IMG/VR virus record: IMGVR_UViG_3300025834_000005
Strand: one strand, 5' to 3'
DNA: 64,000 bases
Source: a virus
The translations under genes were made by a program, and so were the position numbers. Below, piece by piece: positions 51,837-61,992 of the stretch. The number at the start of each line of letters is the position of its first letter. The stretch's first letter is position 1. Under the pieces are notes generated by a model. It worked only from the letters and a program-made list of their open reading frames with translations, made no database searches and was not told the DNA's origin.

Positions 51837-51944
51837 ATGGCGGATAATACTGAGTCTAAGTCAATATCAGATATTGAGATAGAGGATGGACATGGCTTTT
51901 GGGGATGTGAGCAATTTGGTTACACAAAAAATGAGGATTTATGA
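51837..51944 (+). CDS. Small hypothetical protein (35 aa)
   Basis: Not in the track. ATG 3 nt after the upstream stop, and ATGA overlap with the next gene. Confidence 0.4.
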   Translation: MADNTESKSISDIEIEDGHGFWGCEQFGYTKNEDL

Positions 51945-52276
51945 AACTAAAAACACTGGTAAGGTCTTACGAGATTATGGGTTATACTCCGAAAGGATTA
52001 GAACGTGACGAAGAATGCCAAAGCATTATCAAATGGCTATACGTTAAATACAAAATTCATGTCGATGCGAGTTACTGCTCGATGAAGTTTGTAGACTACC
52101 CAAAAACTTATTTAAGATTTAAGGGCGCATATAGATTTGATGTGGGTCAATCTTATAATAATAATTATTACTGTGACGAATCATTTGATAGTCCGTATGA
52201 CGCTTATTTTGACGCACTTAGGCACATGTTGCCAGGATTTAGGTTTCAATATAAATATAATGACGATTACAAATGA
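51941..52276 (+). CDS. Hypothetical protein
   Basis: 111 aa ORF with coupled starts and stops. Confidence 0.6.
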   Translation: MKLKTLVRSYEIMGYTPKGLERDEECQSIIKWLYVKYKIHVDASYCSMKFVDYPKTYLRFKGAYRFDVGQSYNNNYYCDESFDSPYDAYFDALRHMLPGFRFQYKYNDDYK

Positions 52277-52929
52277 CAACAGCTTGCTTAATATCAGACA
52301 CACATAATGGACATAAGAAATTGGTATTACCAAATGCCGATATTCTTATCCATAGCGGTGACTTCACCAGTATGGGTCATGAACATGAGGTTAAAGCCTT
52401 TTTGAAATGGTTTTCAAAAGTTGGTGACTTCAAGTATCGTATCTTTATTGCTGGAAATCATGACTGGCTGTTTGATACGAGCAAGGGATTAGCAAAATCG
52501 CTCATTCCAAGTAATTTAATTTATCTTGAGGATGATGGCGTTGAGGTATTAGGCTTAAACATTTATGGTACTCCTGTCTCACCTGTCTTTTTTGATTGGG
52601 CTTTCATGAAAGAAGAGTTTAGATTGAAAGATCATTGGGAAGCTGTTCCTGATGATACGGATATCTTAATTACACATTGTCCTCCAAAAGGAATCTTAGA
52701 TTTTGTAGGTTGTGATTATACTGGTTCATCGACATTATATTACGAAGTCACCAATAGAATCAAGCCTCTTGTAAGTGTATTTGGTCATATTCACGATAAA
52801 CATGGCGTTATTGAATTCGATGGGACTCACTATATAAATGCTTGTAATGCCAACGTGCATAACAAGATAGAGTATCCTCCGATTCATATTGGAATAAATG
52901 ATGATAAGGTAGAGGTCTTTAGCCTGTAA
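52273..52929 (+). CDS. Calcineurin-like metallophosphoesterase
   Basis: ISDTHNGH, HSGDF, IAGNHD and GHIH motifs. Confidence 0.75.
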   Translation: MTTACLISDTHNGHKKLVLPNADILIHSGDFTSMGHEHEVKAFLKWFSKVGDFKYRIFIAGNHDWLFDTSKGLAKSLIPSNLIYLEDDGVEVLGLNIYGTPVSPVFFDWAFMKEEFRLKDHWEAVPDDTDILITHCPPKGILDFVGCDYTGSSTLYYEVTNRIKPLVSVFGHIHDKHGVIEFDGTHYINACNANVHNKIEYPPIHIGINDDKVEVFSL

Positions 52930-52957
52930 GGTCACTATTTATAACAAAAATTTGAAT

Positions 52958-53290
52958 ATGAAAAAGATTAAAAATTTATTTAAAAAGCTTCAAGACAATA
53001 AGCAATTACAGGAAAAATTAACAGGTGAGTTGACTTTAAAGGGCGACACCATTGTATGGACTTACGATTTCGATAACGATGCAGAAGAATTAGACGACTG
53101 TCAGGAAGAGCTTGATGATAACGATATCACTTTCGGTGATGTTGTATGCGTTGAGGAATATTTGAATGACACATGCGAGACTGACATAGAAGAGATCATG
53201 GATTACATTACAAGCAACGATGATGTTGACGATTATGAATTCTCCGAATCGATTATTAAAGGCTCGATAATTTCTTTTAAAATTAGTTGA
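52958..53290 (+). CDS. Acidic hypothetical protein
   Basis: ATG 52958 is preferred over TTG 52952. Asp/Glu-rich. Confidence 0.55.
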   Translation: MKKIKNLFKKLQDNKQLQEKLTGELTLKGDTIVWTYDFDNDAEELDDCQEELDDNDITFGDVVCVEEYLNDTCETDIEEIMDYITSNDDVDDYEFSESIIKGSIISFKIS

Positions 53291-53367
53291 GATTTATTGT
53301 AACATTTGAAACATTTTTACGTATAAAAGGGAAACAGCATTAAAGTTGTTTCCTTTTTTTATTTATC

Positions 53368-54387
53368 ATGGGCGGAAAAGCATTAAAAAAATACGGAGTT
53401 TTTACCGATAGGAAAGACACCGACGAGTTTTTGAGAATCGGCAAGAAGATGCAAGATATCGTTATGTCCGAAGCTGGGCTTGAAACCGCTATTGTTAGAT
53501 GTTTCGCCGAGAAGAAAGATCATGGAGACTTGGACTTGCTAATTAAAATTCCTGAAAGAACTTTCGGCACTGGTGGAGGAATTAATTTGTTGAGTTTTGT
53601 CGAAAATATTATTAAGCCAAATGCTATTCATAATAATGGCGGTGTAATCTCATTTGACTTCGAAGATTTTCAAATTGATTTCATCCCAATTGAAGAAAGT
53701 GGATGGGAAATCGCAAATACTTATTTCTCTTTTGATCCTTTAGGAAATATTATGGGAAAAACTTATCATAAGTTTAATCTTTCATACGGATGGGACGGTT
53801 TGTTTTACAAATTCAGAAACTTTGATGGAAGAAGCACTCATAAGATTCCAATCTCTAAAGACCCAAGAGCAATTTTTGAGTTTTGTGATTACGATTACGA
53901 CAGATACTTGCTCGGATTTAATTCTATCGACGAGATTTATGATTTTGTAATGAAATCTAAATTTTTCGACACAGGAATTTTTCAATTCGAGGATTTAAAT
54001 CACATAGATCGTAAAAGAAATAAGAAAAGAAAATCATATAATGAATTTCTTACGTTCATGAATGAAAATAATATCGGAACTAAGTATACTTTTGATAAAA
54101 ATAAAGAAAACTATATTGATTTCATCGATAAATCTTTTCCTGATGCACTTTTGAAAATAGAATTAGATAAAATTCGTAAACAAGATGAATTTTATTTGCA
54201 ACTTTCTAAAAAGTTTAACGGAAAAATCGTTATGGAATGGTTTCCTGATCTAAAAGGTAAGGAACTTGGTGAATCTTTGAGACTTTTTAAAGAAAACCTT
54301 GGAGATAATTATAATAAATTCATAATGAACAGCGATATTTTAAAAATTCGTGAAAAATTCGTTGCAGTTTTGAAAATTAATGAGTAA
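53368..54387 (+). CDS. Putative nucleotidyltransferase (Pol-beta superfamily-like)
   Basis: N-terminal GGKALKKYG..HGDLDLLIK resembles the G[SG]..hGDxD NTase signature. Specificity unknown. Confidence 0.4.
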   Translation: MGGKALKKYGVFTDRKDTDEFLRIGKKMQDIVMSEAGLETAIVRCFAEKKDHGDLDLLIKIPERTFGTGGGINLLSFVENIIKPNAIHNNGGVISFDFEDFQIDFIPIEESGWEIANTYFSFDPLGNIMGKTYHKFNLSYGWDGLFYKFRNFDGRSTHKIPISKDPRAIFEFCDYDYDRYLLGFNSIDEIYDFVMKSKFFDTGIFQFEDLNHIDRKRNKKRKSYNEFLTFMNENNIGTKYTFDKNKENYIDFIDKSFPDALLKIELDKIRKQDEFYLQLSKKFNGKIVMEWFPDLKGKELGESLRLFKENLGDNYNKFIMNSDILKIREKFVAVLKINE

Positions 54388-54411
54388 TTTTGTAAAATAA
54401 AAATATAAAAT

Positions 54412-54849
54412 ATGAAACTACAGAAAGCATTGAAGTATAAAAAGAAATTAGCTGGAGAAATTGCTCAGCTGAAATCGAAAATCCAGAGTAAAAATTCGAT
54501 TATCGAGGGAACTACCGTCAGCTATGATGTGCAAGAACTGCACGATCAGTTGATCGGTAAGGTTAAAGAGTTGATTACTCTAAAAATATCGATTAATAAA
54601 GCCAATGTTAAAATTCAGGAGCTTATTTATAAATTATCTGAATACAAAGGTTTGATTAATTTTTGGAGTTCAATGTCAACAACCGAAGGGTCTGTCAATC
54701 GTGGATATGAAGCTGTCGCCATTAAATATGTTGTAACTTATAATGAGCTTACAAAAGACAAATGGATTCAATTTTATCAAACAGAGGTTGATTTGATTCA
54801 GGAAGAAATTGATACATTCAATTACACAACCGAAATCGAAAATTTTTAA
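54412..54849 (+). CDS. DIP1984-family-like coiled-coil protein
   Basis: MKLQKALKYKKKLAGEIAQLKSKI.., INKANV and a C-terminal EEIDTFNYTTEI resemble that family. Confidence 0.3.
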   Translation: MKLQKALKYKKKLAGEIAQLKSKIQSKNSIIEGTTVSYDVQELHDQLIGKVKELITLKISINKANVKIQELIYKLSEYKGLINFWSSMSTTEGSVNRGYEAVAIKYVVTYNELTKDKWIQFYQTEVDLIQEEIDTFNYTTEIENF

Positions 54850-55046
54850 CAATATAGGGACGTTAGAGGATTTTATAGATATTTGATAGCGATATGCCTT
54901 TGGCATATTTACATGACAAAAAAACGATAATGATATAGTTCGTTAAGATTCATTTCTCACAGTTATCAAGACTCATTCGTAAAAAATCAAGACTCATTTA
55001 TTATCATTATTTGTATTACGATCTAACTCCCCTTTTACTTATTTAA

Positions 55047-55421
55047 ATGAGAGAAACAATAGCAAATTTACCAGAAGAAGGAAAAGCCGAATTACTCGCA
55101 AAGTATAACGGCTTTTCTAATTATATCCAATCACATTCATATGACATGCTGCTGTCAGCATTCATCATGGAAGCCTGTTTTAAGCATATTGAATTAAAAC
55201 ATAAAGAAGTCTCAAAGGAAGCTAAAGCGTGGGCTATAACGATAGTTATGCGCAACTATGACGACTTACTTGATGTTGGGCATATTGAGCATATCATAGA
55301 CAAATTTATAGCAGCTTATACAGGCGATGAATATGTTACATACTGTAAAGACATTGTTCTGTGGAATAATATGTATGCAAAGGATGCCGAATTCGTTCGA
55401 AACTTTATATCTCAAATATGA
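55047..55421 (+). CDS. Hypothetical protein
   Basis: 124 aa ORF. Confidence 0.6.
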   Translation: MRETIANLPEEGKAELLAKYNGFSNYIQSHSYDMLLSAFIMEACFKHIELKHKEVSKEAKAWAITIVMRNYDDLLDVGHIEHIIDKFIAAYTGDEYVTYCKDIVLWNNMYAKDAEFVRNFISQI

Positions 55422-55768
55422 AAATAGAATTAGTAACAGTTGAAGAAGGAATAACTATTGGTATAGTTACCAGTAGGTTATTAAATGAAGGACATGGTGC
55501 ATTTGGAGAATCAGATAATTCTTATGAAAGTATTGTTCATGTGGGTGGCAAAGTAGAAAGATTATCAGATGATGATTTAATACTATTACGAGGAGAATCC
55601 CCTAACAGAGAAGTAATACAGGTTATAAGCGAATGGGAATGTTCTGATAAGCTTTTGGACGTTGTAAACCCAAAAGCTTTAAACAAAAGAAAAAAAGAGA
55701 AATACAAAAGATACATTGAGTTAAAAATGGAAATAGAATCAGACGAGTTTTATAAACCCAAAGCATAA
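55418..55768 (+). CDS. Hypothetical protein
   Basis: ATGA overlap with the upstream gene. Confidence 0.6.
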   Translation: MKIELVTVEEGITIGIVTSRLLNEGHGAFGESDNSYESIVHVGGKVERLSDDDLILLRGESPNREVIQVISEWECSDKLLDVVNPKALNKRKKEKYKRYIELKMEIESDEFYKPKA

Positions 55769-55815
55769 ATGAAAGTCTGACTATTTATCACATATGCTCT
55801 AATGCATTACATAAT

Positions 55816-56037
55816 ATGGCAAATTTTATCAGATATAAAAGATCAACAAAAACATTTGATTTAGGATATAATCAGGAGGATATTCAGAAATTCTTAGACT
55901 CATTAATCGTTGAAGGTTGGAAGATAGTCACTTACGAGGAAAAACCTAATAAAGATAATGAAGGCTTTACTATGTATTTACTGTGTGGTAAGGAAAAGGT
56001 TGAATGGGGCAAGGAAAAACAGGTTTTGGGCGATTAA
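55816..56037 (+). CDS. Hypothetical protein
   Basis: 73 aa ORF. Confidence 0.55.
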   Translation: MANFIRYKRSTKTFDLGYNQEDIQKFLDSLIVEGWKIVTYEEKPNKDNEGFTMYLLCGKEKVEWGKEKQVLGD

Positions 56038-56040
56038 TAC

Positions 56041-56071
56041 TTGCATATTGTAATAATAATGTTTACTTTTG
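56041..56071 (+). promoter_or_regulatory. Bacteroidota-type promoter
   Basis: TTGCATattgtaataataatgttTACTTTTGtaaa. Confidence 0.5.
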
Positions 56072-56085
56072 TAAAAAATATTATT

Positions 56086-56415
56086 ATGGAAAAGAATTTA
56101 ACAGATATAAAAGCAGGCTATCCATTTTCGGGATCAATGACAGGTATTGCTACTTCGAGCACATATCCTTGGAATAACACAAGCACCAATATGTTTGTCT
56201 CAAAATACTCAAGCGTTGATCTAATTGATACACTTGTATCGGAGGATATAATCGAATTGGTCTATAAAGGTGTATTAGCATATAATACAAATCCCTATAG
56301 TTTTAATGTTGAGATTTGGAAGGATGTATATGGCTGCGTTGATGGTAAACTCGTAAAAATAGAACAGGTGTTTGGTGAATATATTCCACCACAGGAGGAA
56401 TCCTATAGCTTCTAA
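56086..56415 (+). CDS. Hypothetical protein
   Basis: ATG 56086 lies downstream of the promoter. The track start 56041 lies within the promoter. Confidence 0.55.
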   Translation: MEKNLTDIKAGYPFSGSMTGIATSSTYPWNNTSTNMFVSKYSSVDLIDTLVSEDIIELVYKGVLAYNTNPYSFNVEIWKDVYGCVDGKLVKIEQVFGEYIPPQEESYSF

Positions 56416-56421
56416 AACATC

Positions 56422-56463
56422 ATAACAATCACTCAGGTTTATTCTGAGTGATTGTTATTGTTT
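56422..56463. terminator. Bidirectional terminator
   Basis: aacaatcactcag-gtttatt-ctgagtgattgtt (13 bp stem) between convergent genes. Confidence 0.7.
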
Positions 56464-57377
56464 ATAACATTTGTCATATATTTGTTCGAATCTGTAAATC
56501 CACCTCTATCTTCGATAAATTTTATAGCTTCATCGGTGGTTGTTGTGAAATATGCTGTACCTGTGATAAAACTCTCAAGGTCTGTACGCATTTTGTTCAC
56601 GTATTCATTATATCCATCAAGCTCTTTTTGTTCATCATCATTCAATTTATATTCATATTCCGATAATCTAACATAATCACTATACCAGCCAGTCCTAATT
56701 ATTGTCCATAAAACGTCAACAACTTCAATATTGGTAATAAGCATTTCATTCCAGTTATCACTGCTCTGAACATCTATAAAAGCATCAGCTAATTCTGTCT
56801 TATATTGTTGTAAAAATTTATCACTTTCGCTTATATATAAATTAATAAATTCATTCTTTTCATCTTCGGTTATACTTAAGCCATATGTTCCGTTTTTAGC
56901 CTCAAGATCACTAAATCTTGGAATAGTTTTTAAATGCTGTATCCATTCTTGTTTTATGGGTCTAAATATTTCCCTAACTTTTCGGGGTACATAATCCTCA
57001 ATATCAATCCAACGTCTACCCTGATCATCTGGGCGTGACATGATATCACTTGTCGAATCAATTATTAGGTCACCAGTCATTTGATATATAATACCTCCAT
57101 CGGTTTGGATGCCGTCCATTGATTTAAGCCTGTATTCCTGCATGAATTTAAATGTCGATATGGCTACATCCTTACCTACAAATTCTTTAATATACCCGAT
57201 ACTATCAACATTGCTAACATGGAATGTTGTGACTCTTCTACTGTCATTCATAATAGCACCAAGAGCTTTTGTAAATGGAAAACTACGATGTCTAATATGT
57301 GCTGTTGAATCTTGTAGCCACGCAAGCCCATCCAGAGCCTCAATTTCTTCATTAATAATTTCTTTGATATTCAGCAT
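56439..57377 (-). CDS. Hypothetical protein
   Basis: 312 aa minus-strand ORF. An ttatttattataaaa motif lies upstream. Confidence 0.65.
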   Translation of the reverse strand: MLNIKEIINEEIEALDGLAWLQDSTAHIRHRSFPFTKALGAIMNDSRRVTTFHVSNVDSIGYIKEFVGKDVAISTFKFMQEYRLKSMDGIQTDGGIIYQMTGDLIIDSTSDIMSRPDDQGRRWIDIEDYVPRKVREIFRPIKQEWIQHLKTIPRFSDLEAKNGTYGLSITEDEKNEFINLYISESDKFLQQYKTELADAFIDVQSSDNWNEMLITNIEVVDVLWTIIRTGWYSDYVRLSEYEYKLNDDEQKELDGYNEYVNKMRTDLESFITGTAYFTTTTDEAIKFIEDRGGFTDSNKYMTNVINNNNHSE

Positions 57378-57419
57378 TAGTAATATTTTATAATAAATAA
57401 TTGAAATTTCAAATAAAAC

Positions 57420-57450
57420 TTGATTATTCGAAATTTATTAACTATTTTTG
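57420..57450 (+). promoter_or_regulatory. Bacteroidota-type promoter
   Basis: cTTGattattcgaaatttattaacTATTTTTGtaccg. Confidence 0.5.
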
Positions 57451-57474
57451 TACCGTTAAATGAATAAGTAATAT

Positions 57475-58131
57475 ATGCATAAGTTTTTAAAACAGGTAAA
57501 TAAATTAGAAGGCAATATATTTATTGATATCCCAGAGCTTAATATATCATGCTGGCATGAATATGTTATGGACGATACCACCTATTCCAGTTCTGTGCTG
57601 ACATATTGGGTTGATCATTATGAAAAAATGTATAATCATAATGATGACCAATTACTTATCGTAGTTACAAAATATAATGGCAACAATAACAGTATCCCCA
57701 CATGCCTCATATTCAGATCAATAAAGGAGCTTGTTGGTAGAACGGAACGCTTAAAACTAAAATCAGTGAAGCATAATAAACTAAAAACAATAATTGAAGA
57801 AATGGAAAACGAAGGTAAATCTTTATCAGGCGTTGAGTTAATTTCAAAAGAAAGAAATGAAATGGTAACAAAACATCATAATACCATTGAAGCCGACGTT
57901 AAATTCAACAGTGTATCGGACTCTAATTTTCCATATATAATGCCTTTGGTAAGGGGTGCTTTAGGCTTATTGGATAAGTCCTATGAGAGAAGTCCAGATC
58001 ATTGGAATCCAGCAACTGTTGATCATATGAAAGAAAAGAAATATAAAGATAAACTTATAACAGCTGGAGCATTAATAGCAGCAGAAATCGACAGGCTTAT
58101 TTATATCGAATTACAACCAAAAAATAAATAA
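57475..58131 (+). CDS. Hypothetical protein
   Basis: 218 aa ORF. Confidence 0.6.
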   Translation: MHKFLKQVNKLEGNIFIDIPELNISCWHEYVMDDTTYSSSVLTYWVDHYEKMYNHNDDQLLIVVTKYNGNNNSIPTCLIFRSIKELVGRTERLKLKSVKHNKLKTIIEEMENEGKSLSGVELISKERNEMVTKHHNTIEADVKFNSVSDSNFPYIMPLVRGALGLLDKSYERSPDHWNPATVDHMKEKKYKDKLITAGALIAAEIDRLIYIELQPKNK

Positions 58132-58340
58132 TGATTATAAAAACAGTTGACAATGGGTCATTCGTAGTTGATGATATACCATTAGTGTATGGTGAACCTT
58201 ATGTATTTGCTGATATAGACACACCCGATGAATTCTGGTTTGGTCAAGAGTGGAAATATGCACCATCAACAGGTGGAGTAAATGTGCTCGAAATTATTAA
58301 CCCTAACATGATTAGAAAACATGTTATATATAAAATATAA
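58131..58340 (+). CDS. Hypothetical protein
   Basis: TAATG coupling. Confidence 0.55.
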   Translation: MIIKTVDNGSFVVDDIPLVYGEPYVFADIDTPDEFWFGQEWKYAPSTGGVNVLEIINPNMIRKHVIYKI

Positions 58341-58615
58341 TGGAAAAAGTAAGATCAACATCAAATTTAACTGTAGGCGTAATCTTATCGCTAACAGAAG
58401 TGGAAGCCAGAGCATTACAGGCAATCACTGTTTATGGCGCAAAGGAATTTTTAAATACTTTCTATGATAAATTAGGCAAGGCATATTTGCAGCCTTTTGA
58501 GGAAGGAGTTAAATCTTTATTTGAAACAATTAACGAAGAATTGCCAAGGCATTTAAACAGAGCAGATAAAGCCAGAGACATTTGGCGCAATGCCGCACAA
58601 AACGAATCGAAATGA
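58340..58615 (+). CDS. Hypothetical protein
   Basis: TAATG coupling. Confidence 0.55.
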   Translation: MEKVRSTSNLTVGVILSLTEVEARALQAITVYGAKEFLNTFYDKLGKAYLQPFEEGVKSLFETINEELPRHLNRADKARDIWRNAAQNESK

Positions 58616-58812
58616 GAACCAGAGGAAAGTTTTTAAATAAGGCGACATGGATTTCGATATGTAGTATGCATCCCGACTACGACGAGAAGTGTGTAGCATG
58701 TAATCATGGTAATTGGTCAAACAATTTTAAGCGTGGAATAAGTTCGCTTATATTCGATTACTTTCCAGAATTATGGAAATGGTATATAAATAGGGGAATC
58801 AGACGCAGATGA
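58612..58812 (+). CDS. Small Cys-containing hypothetical protein
   Basis: ATGA overlap (ATG 58612 preferred over TTG 58582). Confidence 0.5.
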   Translation: MRTRGKFLNKATWISICSMHPDYDEKCVACNHGNWSNNFKRGISSLIFDYFPELWKWYINRGIRRR

Positions 58813-59255
58813 AAAAGATTTATCAAACTATAATAGATAAGGGTCATGGTAATTGTATGCAAGCTACTATTGCCAGTATATTTGATTTAACTTTAGATGA
58901 AGTACCTAATTTTATTGAACTTGATTGTAATTGGTTTAATGTTATGGGGCAAATGTATATTGACCGAGGCTATGATTTGTGCTGTTTTAATCCTCAAAGA
59001 GATATTGAGCAAACTAAAGAAGTGCTTGCTGTTGATAAAGGGGTTAATGGATATTGGGTTGCCACAGTTAATAGCATTTATTTTGGTGGCAGTATTACAC
59101 ATTCTGTTATTATAGATAAAGATTTAAATGTGGTACATGATCCTAATCCCAATAACAAAGGACATGTTTATAAAGTTGAAGATATACTTGCAATAGATGT
59201 TTGTGGTAAATCACAATGGTATATAGATATTGATGGAAAACTAATAATTAGATAA
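58809..59255 (+). CDS. Hypothetical protein (possible papain-like Cys peptidase motif GHGNCMQATIASIF)
   Basis: 148 aa with ATGA coupling. The functional call is tentative. Confidence 0.5.
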   Translation: MKKIYQTIIDKGHGNCMQATIASIFDLTLDEVPNFIELDCNWFNVMGQMYIDRGYDLCCFNPQRDIEQTKEVLAVDKGVNGYWVATVNSIYFGGSITHSVIIDKDLNVVHDPNPNNKGHVYKVEDILAIDVCGKSQWYIDIDGKLIIR

Positions 59256-59257
59256 AA

Positions 59258-59509
59258 ATGGTGAATAAAGATTTTTTTGAAGACGATATGCCGAACACTA
59301 AACGAATTTTATGGCGGATATTCGAGGAAGCCACATTAAAGGCATATGAACTCATTGATAAAAATCCTGTGACAATCGAAGAAGATAAAGGTGATTACGG
59401 GTATGACTTTGTTTATGGTTTCTGGGTGAAGGATGATCAAGGCAACCGAGTGTTGCTTAGCCGTGATAAAGAAAAATGTGTCGAATTGTTGAAAATAATA
59501 CTGCCTTAA
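59258..59509 (+). CDS. Hypothetical protein
   Basis: 83 aa ORF. Confidence 0.55.
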   Translation: MVNKDFFEDDMPNTKRILWRIFEEATLKAYELIDKNPVTIEEDKGDYGYDFVYGFWVKDDQGNRVLLSRDKEKCVELLKIILP

Positions 59510-59510
59510 A

Positions 59511-59918
59511 ATGAAAAGTGATGAAATAGTGAAAGATTTATTCGTTCCTTATGATATAGCCGAATCATTAAAGCTTTTGGGTTTTAATGAACCATGTATC
59601 GCATTTTACTCAACAGAGCCGTATCTCCATATGTTATCTCAGAAGCCTACGGAAAGTATTAAGATTTGTACTAATGACGAGTTTGGCACAAATACAGCAG
59701 CACCTATAATCCAACAAGCAGCTGATTGGCTAATGGCGAAATATGGCTATTTCATATCGCCAACATATGACACACGCTTAAAAGAATATGGCGCAATGGC
59801 TGGTGACGAATATGACCTATACTTTGTTGGTTATCATGAAACACAAAGTATGGCAATGAACGCCATGATAAAAAAGACAATTGAATTAATAAACGAAAAG
59901 AATGATACCAAGTCTTAG
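59511..59918 (+). CDS. Hypothetical protein
   Basis: 135 aa ORF. Confidence 0.6.
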   Translation: MKSDEIVKDLFVPYDIAESLKLLGFNEPCIAFYSTEPYLHMLSQKPTESIKICTNDEFGTNTAAPIIQQAADWLMAKYGYFISPTYDTRLKEYGAMAGDEYDLYFVGYHETQSMAMNAMIKKTIELINEKNDTKS

Positions 59919-61233
59919 AGTACTGATTTATATGAATCCATTAGTCGTAGATAAAATCTCAAAGAAATTTATCTACGAGAAAGACTCTGGCTTCCTATAT
60001 ACAAAACAATTATTATCAGAACTACCTTCAAATTGGAGATATGTTATCTTAGTACCTAAAGATACCAAGAGAGAATTCTTTCCAGCTAATCGAATTATCG
60101 AATTAATAGATTATGATTACTCAACATCTATTCACCAAAACCGATATCACTTCAATCGTAATATCATAACGAAATCTTTACCTTATAGTGTAGATATTGA
60201 TCTTATCATTAATAATCAACCAGAGGTATCGGCTAATCTTAGGGTAGTCTTCGAAAACCAGAAAAGAGAAAAGCCAATCATATTTTCATTCTACCATTGG
60301 ATAGACTGCGAAGCATCATGTAAGTTCTCAAAAGAATTAAGCGGTTTCTTCTGGCGACAATACGACGGAGCACTTAATTCTGATATTTCTTTCTTTCATA
60401 GCACCTACGCACTGTCGTTGTTCACAAAAGAGATCGATAAGAATATAAAAAACCCAGCAGAGATAAAAGTTGGATACTTTAAACCTCAACCTACTATCTT
60501 CGGCACAAATCCTGTTGAATTACCTGATAAGAAAATTATCTTATTCAATCATCGCTGTAACGAAACAACTGGCTGGAAAGATGTTCTAAATGCTTGTAAA
60601 AAACTGTGGACAGAAAGAGACGATTTCGTTCTATGGCTAACCGATGACGCTAATCTCACAAATCGAAAAGAAATCGAAGCCATAGACTTTGTTATACAAA
60701 AACGATTGGACTTCAAAGACTATGGGTTTTTAATTAAAAACTCTCACTTCGCTGTCTGTAATACCAAAGGCTACGCAACATGGAACATGGCGGCAATGGA
60801 TGCTCATGCAAATGGTTGCCTATGCTTATTACCAGATGACAACAGATGTATGTATAAAGGTATGTTCAATAACGGATTCTATCATAATGGTAAAAACCTA
60901 TATGAGATAATGAATAAAGCATTGAACTCAACCAAAGCCGAACTCAATATGATCAACCAAAGCGTAAGCCTGAAAGTCCCTGAGAATAGCATGACAAATA
61001 TTATCCTCAATACGATTCAAAATAAACTCAAAGACGAAAACCCAAAGAAAATGGACGACGTCATAGCTTTTATTAAATCACAAAACCTTACAGAGAAAAA
61101 AGAATGGGTGAATAAATTCTGGAGCTTTCACGCTAATTCCAACTTTCAAAAAATTAGATGGAAAATGCTATTCGGTAACTATAACCTTACTGACGATACA
61201 ACAAAGGAATATTCAACATATAAAATAAATTAA
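59902..61233 (+). CDS. Hypothetical protein, possibly GT-B-fold glycosyltransferase
   Basis: 443 aa. N-terminal LRVLIYMNP strand and C-terminal YATWNMAAMDAHANGCLCLLPD resemble GT4-like sugar transferases. Weak call. Confidence 0.5.
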   Translation: MIPSLRVLIYMNPLVVDKISKKFIYEKDSGFLYTKQLLSELPSNWRYVILVPKDTKREFFPANRIIELIDYDYSTSIHQNRYHFNRNIITKSLPYSVDIDLIINNQPEVSANLRVVFENQKREKPIIFSFYHWIDCEASCKFSKELSGFFWRQYDGALNSDISFFHSTYALSLFTKEIDKNIKNPAEIKVGYFKPQPTIFGTNPVELPDKKIILFNHRCNETTGWKDVLNACKKLWTERDDFVLWLTDDANLTNRKEIEAIDFVIQKRLDFKDYGFLIKNSHFAVCNTKGYATWNMAAMDAHANGCLCLLPDDNRCMYKGMFNNGFYHNGKNLYEIMNKALNSTKAELNMINQSVSLKVPENSMTNIILNTIQNKLKDENPKKMDDVIAFIKSQNLTEKKEWVNKFWSFHANSNFQKIRWKMLFGNYNLTDDTTKEYSTYKIN

Positions 61234-61234
61234 T

Positions 61235-61624
61235 ATGAATTTAAACGATTTTGTAATAAACGAGAATGGTAACTACACCGTAACGGTGAGAGACTATACA
61301 TTCGATTGTAAAGGACTTTTAGATAAAGTCAGACTAACTCCCGACACAAGCTTAGACTTTAAACATGATTTCGAGAGATACGAAATACATCAAGTGAAGC
61401 TACTCTTAGCAAGCCCCGACTCCTCCGCCGATGTAAACCATTTCCTAACCAAACTCTATTATGATTGCCAACGATCATATCACCGAGAAAATTTCGGTTA
61501 TAAACAAGACTTCGTCTTAGAAAACGAAAACACTAAAGTCCGCTTAGAAGAATGCGCAGTATCTTACTTCGAAGATAATATCCTTATTCTCGAAGTATGC
61601 GGAAAAATGATCATACTTAAATAA
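61235..61624 (+). CDS. Hypothetical protein
   Basis: 129 aa ORF. Confidence 0.6.
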   Translation: MNLNDFVINENGNYTVTVRDYTFDCKGLLDKVRLTPDTSLDFKHDFERYEIHQVKLLLASPDSSADVNHFLTKLYYDCQRSYHRENFGYKQDFVLENENTKVRLEECAVSYFEDNILILEVCGKMIILK

Positions 61625-61628
61625 CATC

Positions 61629-61988
61629 ATGAGCTGCATAAGAGAATACCAACAATACGTGAGGCGTATCACAGATAAATATATCTCAATGCTCACAAGT
61701 AACGATGAAGAATATATGCACTTATGCTATAAGCTCGAAGTTGTCGATAACCGTTGCATTACTAAACACCTAATAGCGGAAAACATGAAATCAAATAACG
61801 AATACGCCTTAAAATGGTTCAGACATAGCATGGTTAGCTTCGAACAATGGAAAATAGAAGAAATAGAAAGAAATAACCTAAAACGTCAAGCCTTAGAAGC
61901 CGAAGTTATCAGATTAACAAAAGACCCCATCATATGCGATAGCCTGATGGAACAAATGAGAAAAGAAGTTCTAAAATCAAATCTATAA
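61629..61988 (+). CDS. Hypothetical protein
   Basis: 119 aa ORF. Confidence 0.6.
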   Translation: MSCIREYQQYVRRITDKYISMLTSNDEEYMHLCYKLEVVDNRCITKHLIAENMKSNNEYALKWFRHSMVSFEQWKIEEIERNNLKRQALEAEVIRLTKDPIICDSLMEQMRKEVLKSNL

Positions 61989-61992
61989 TATC

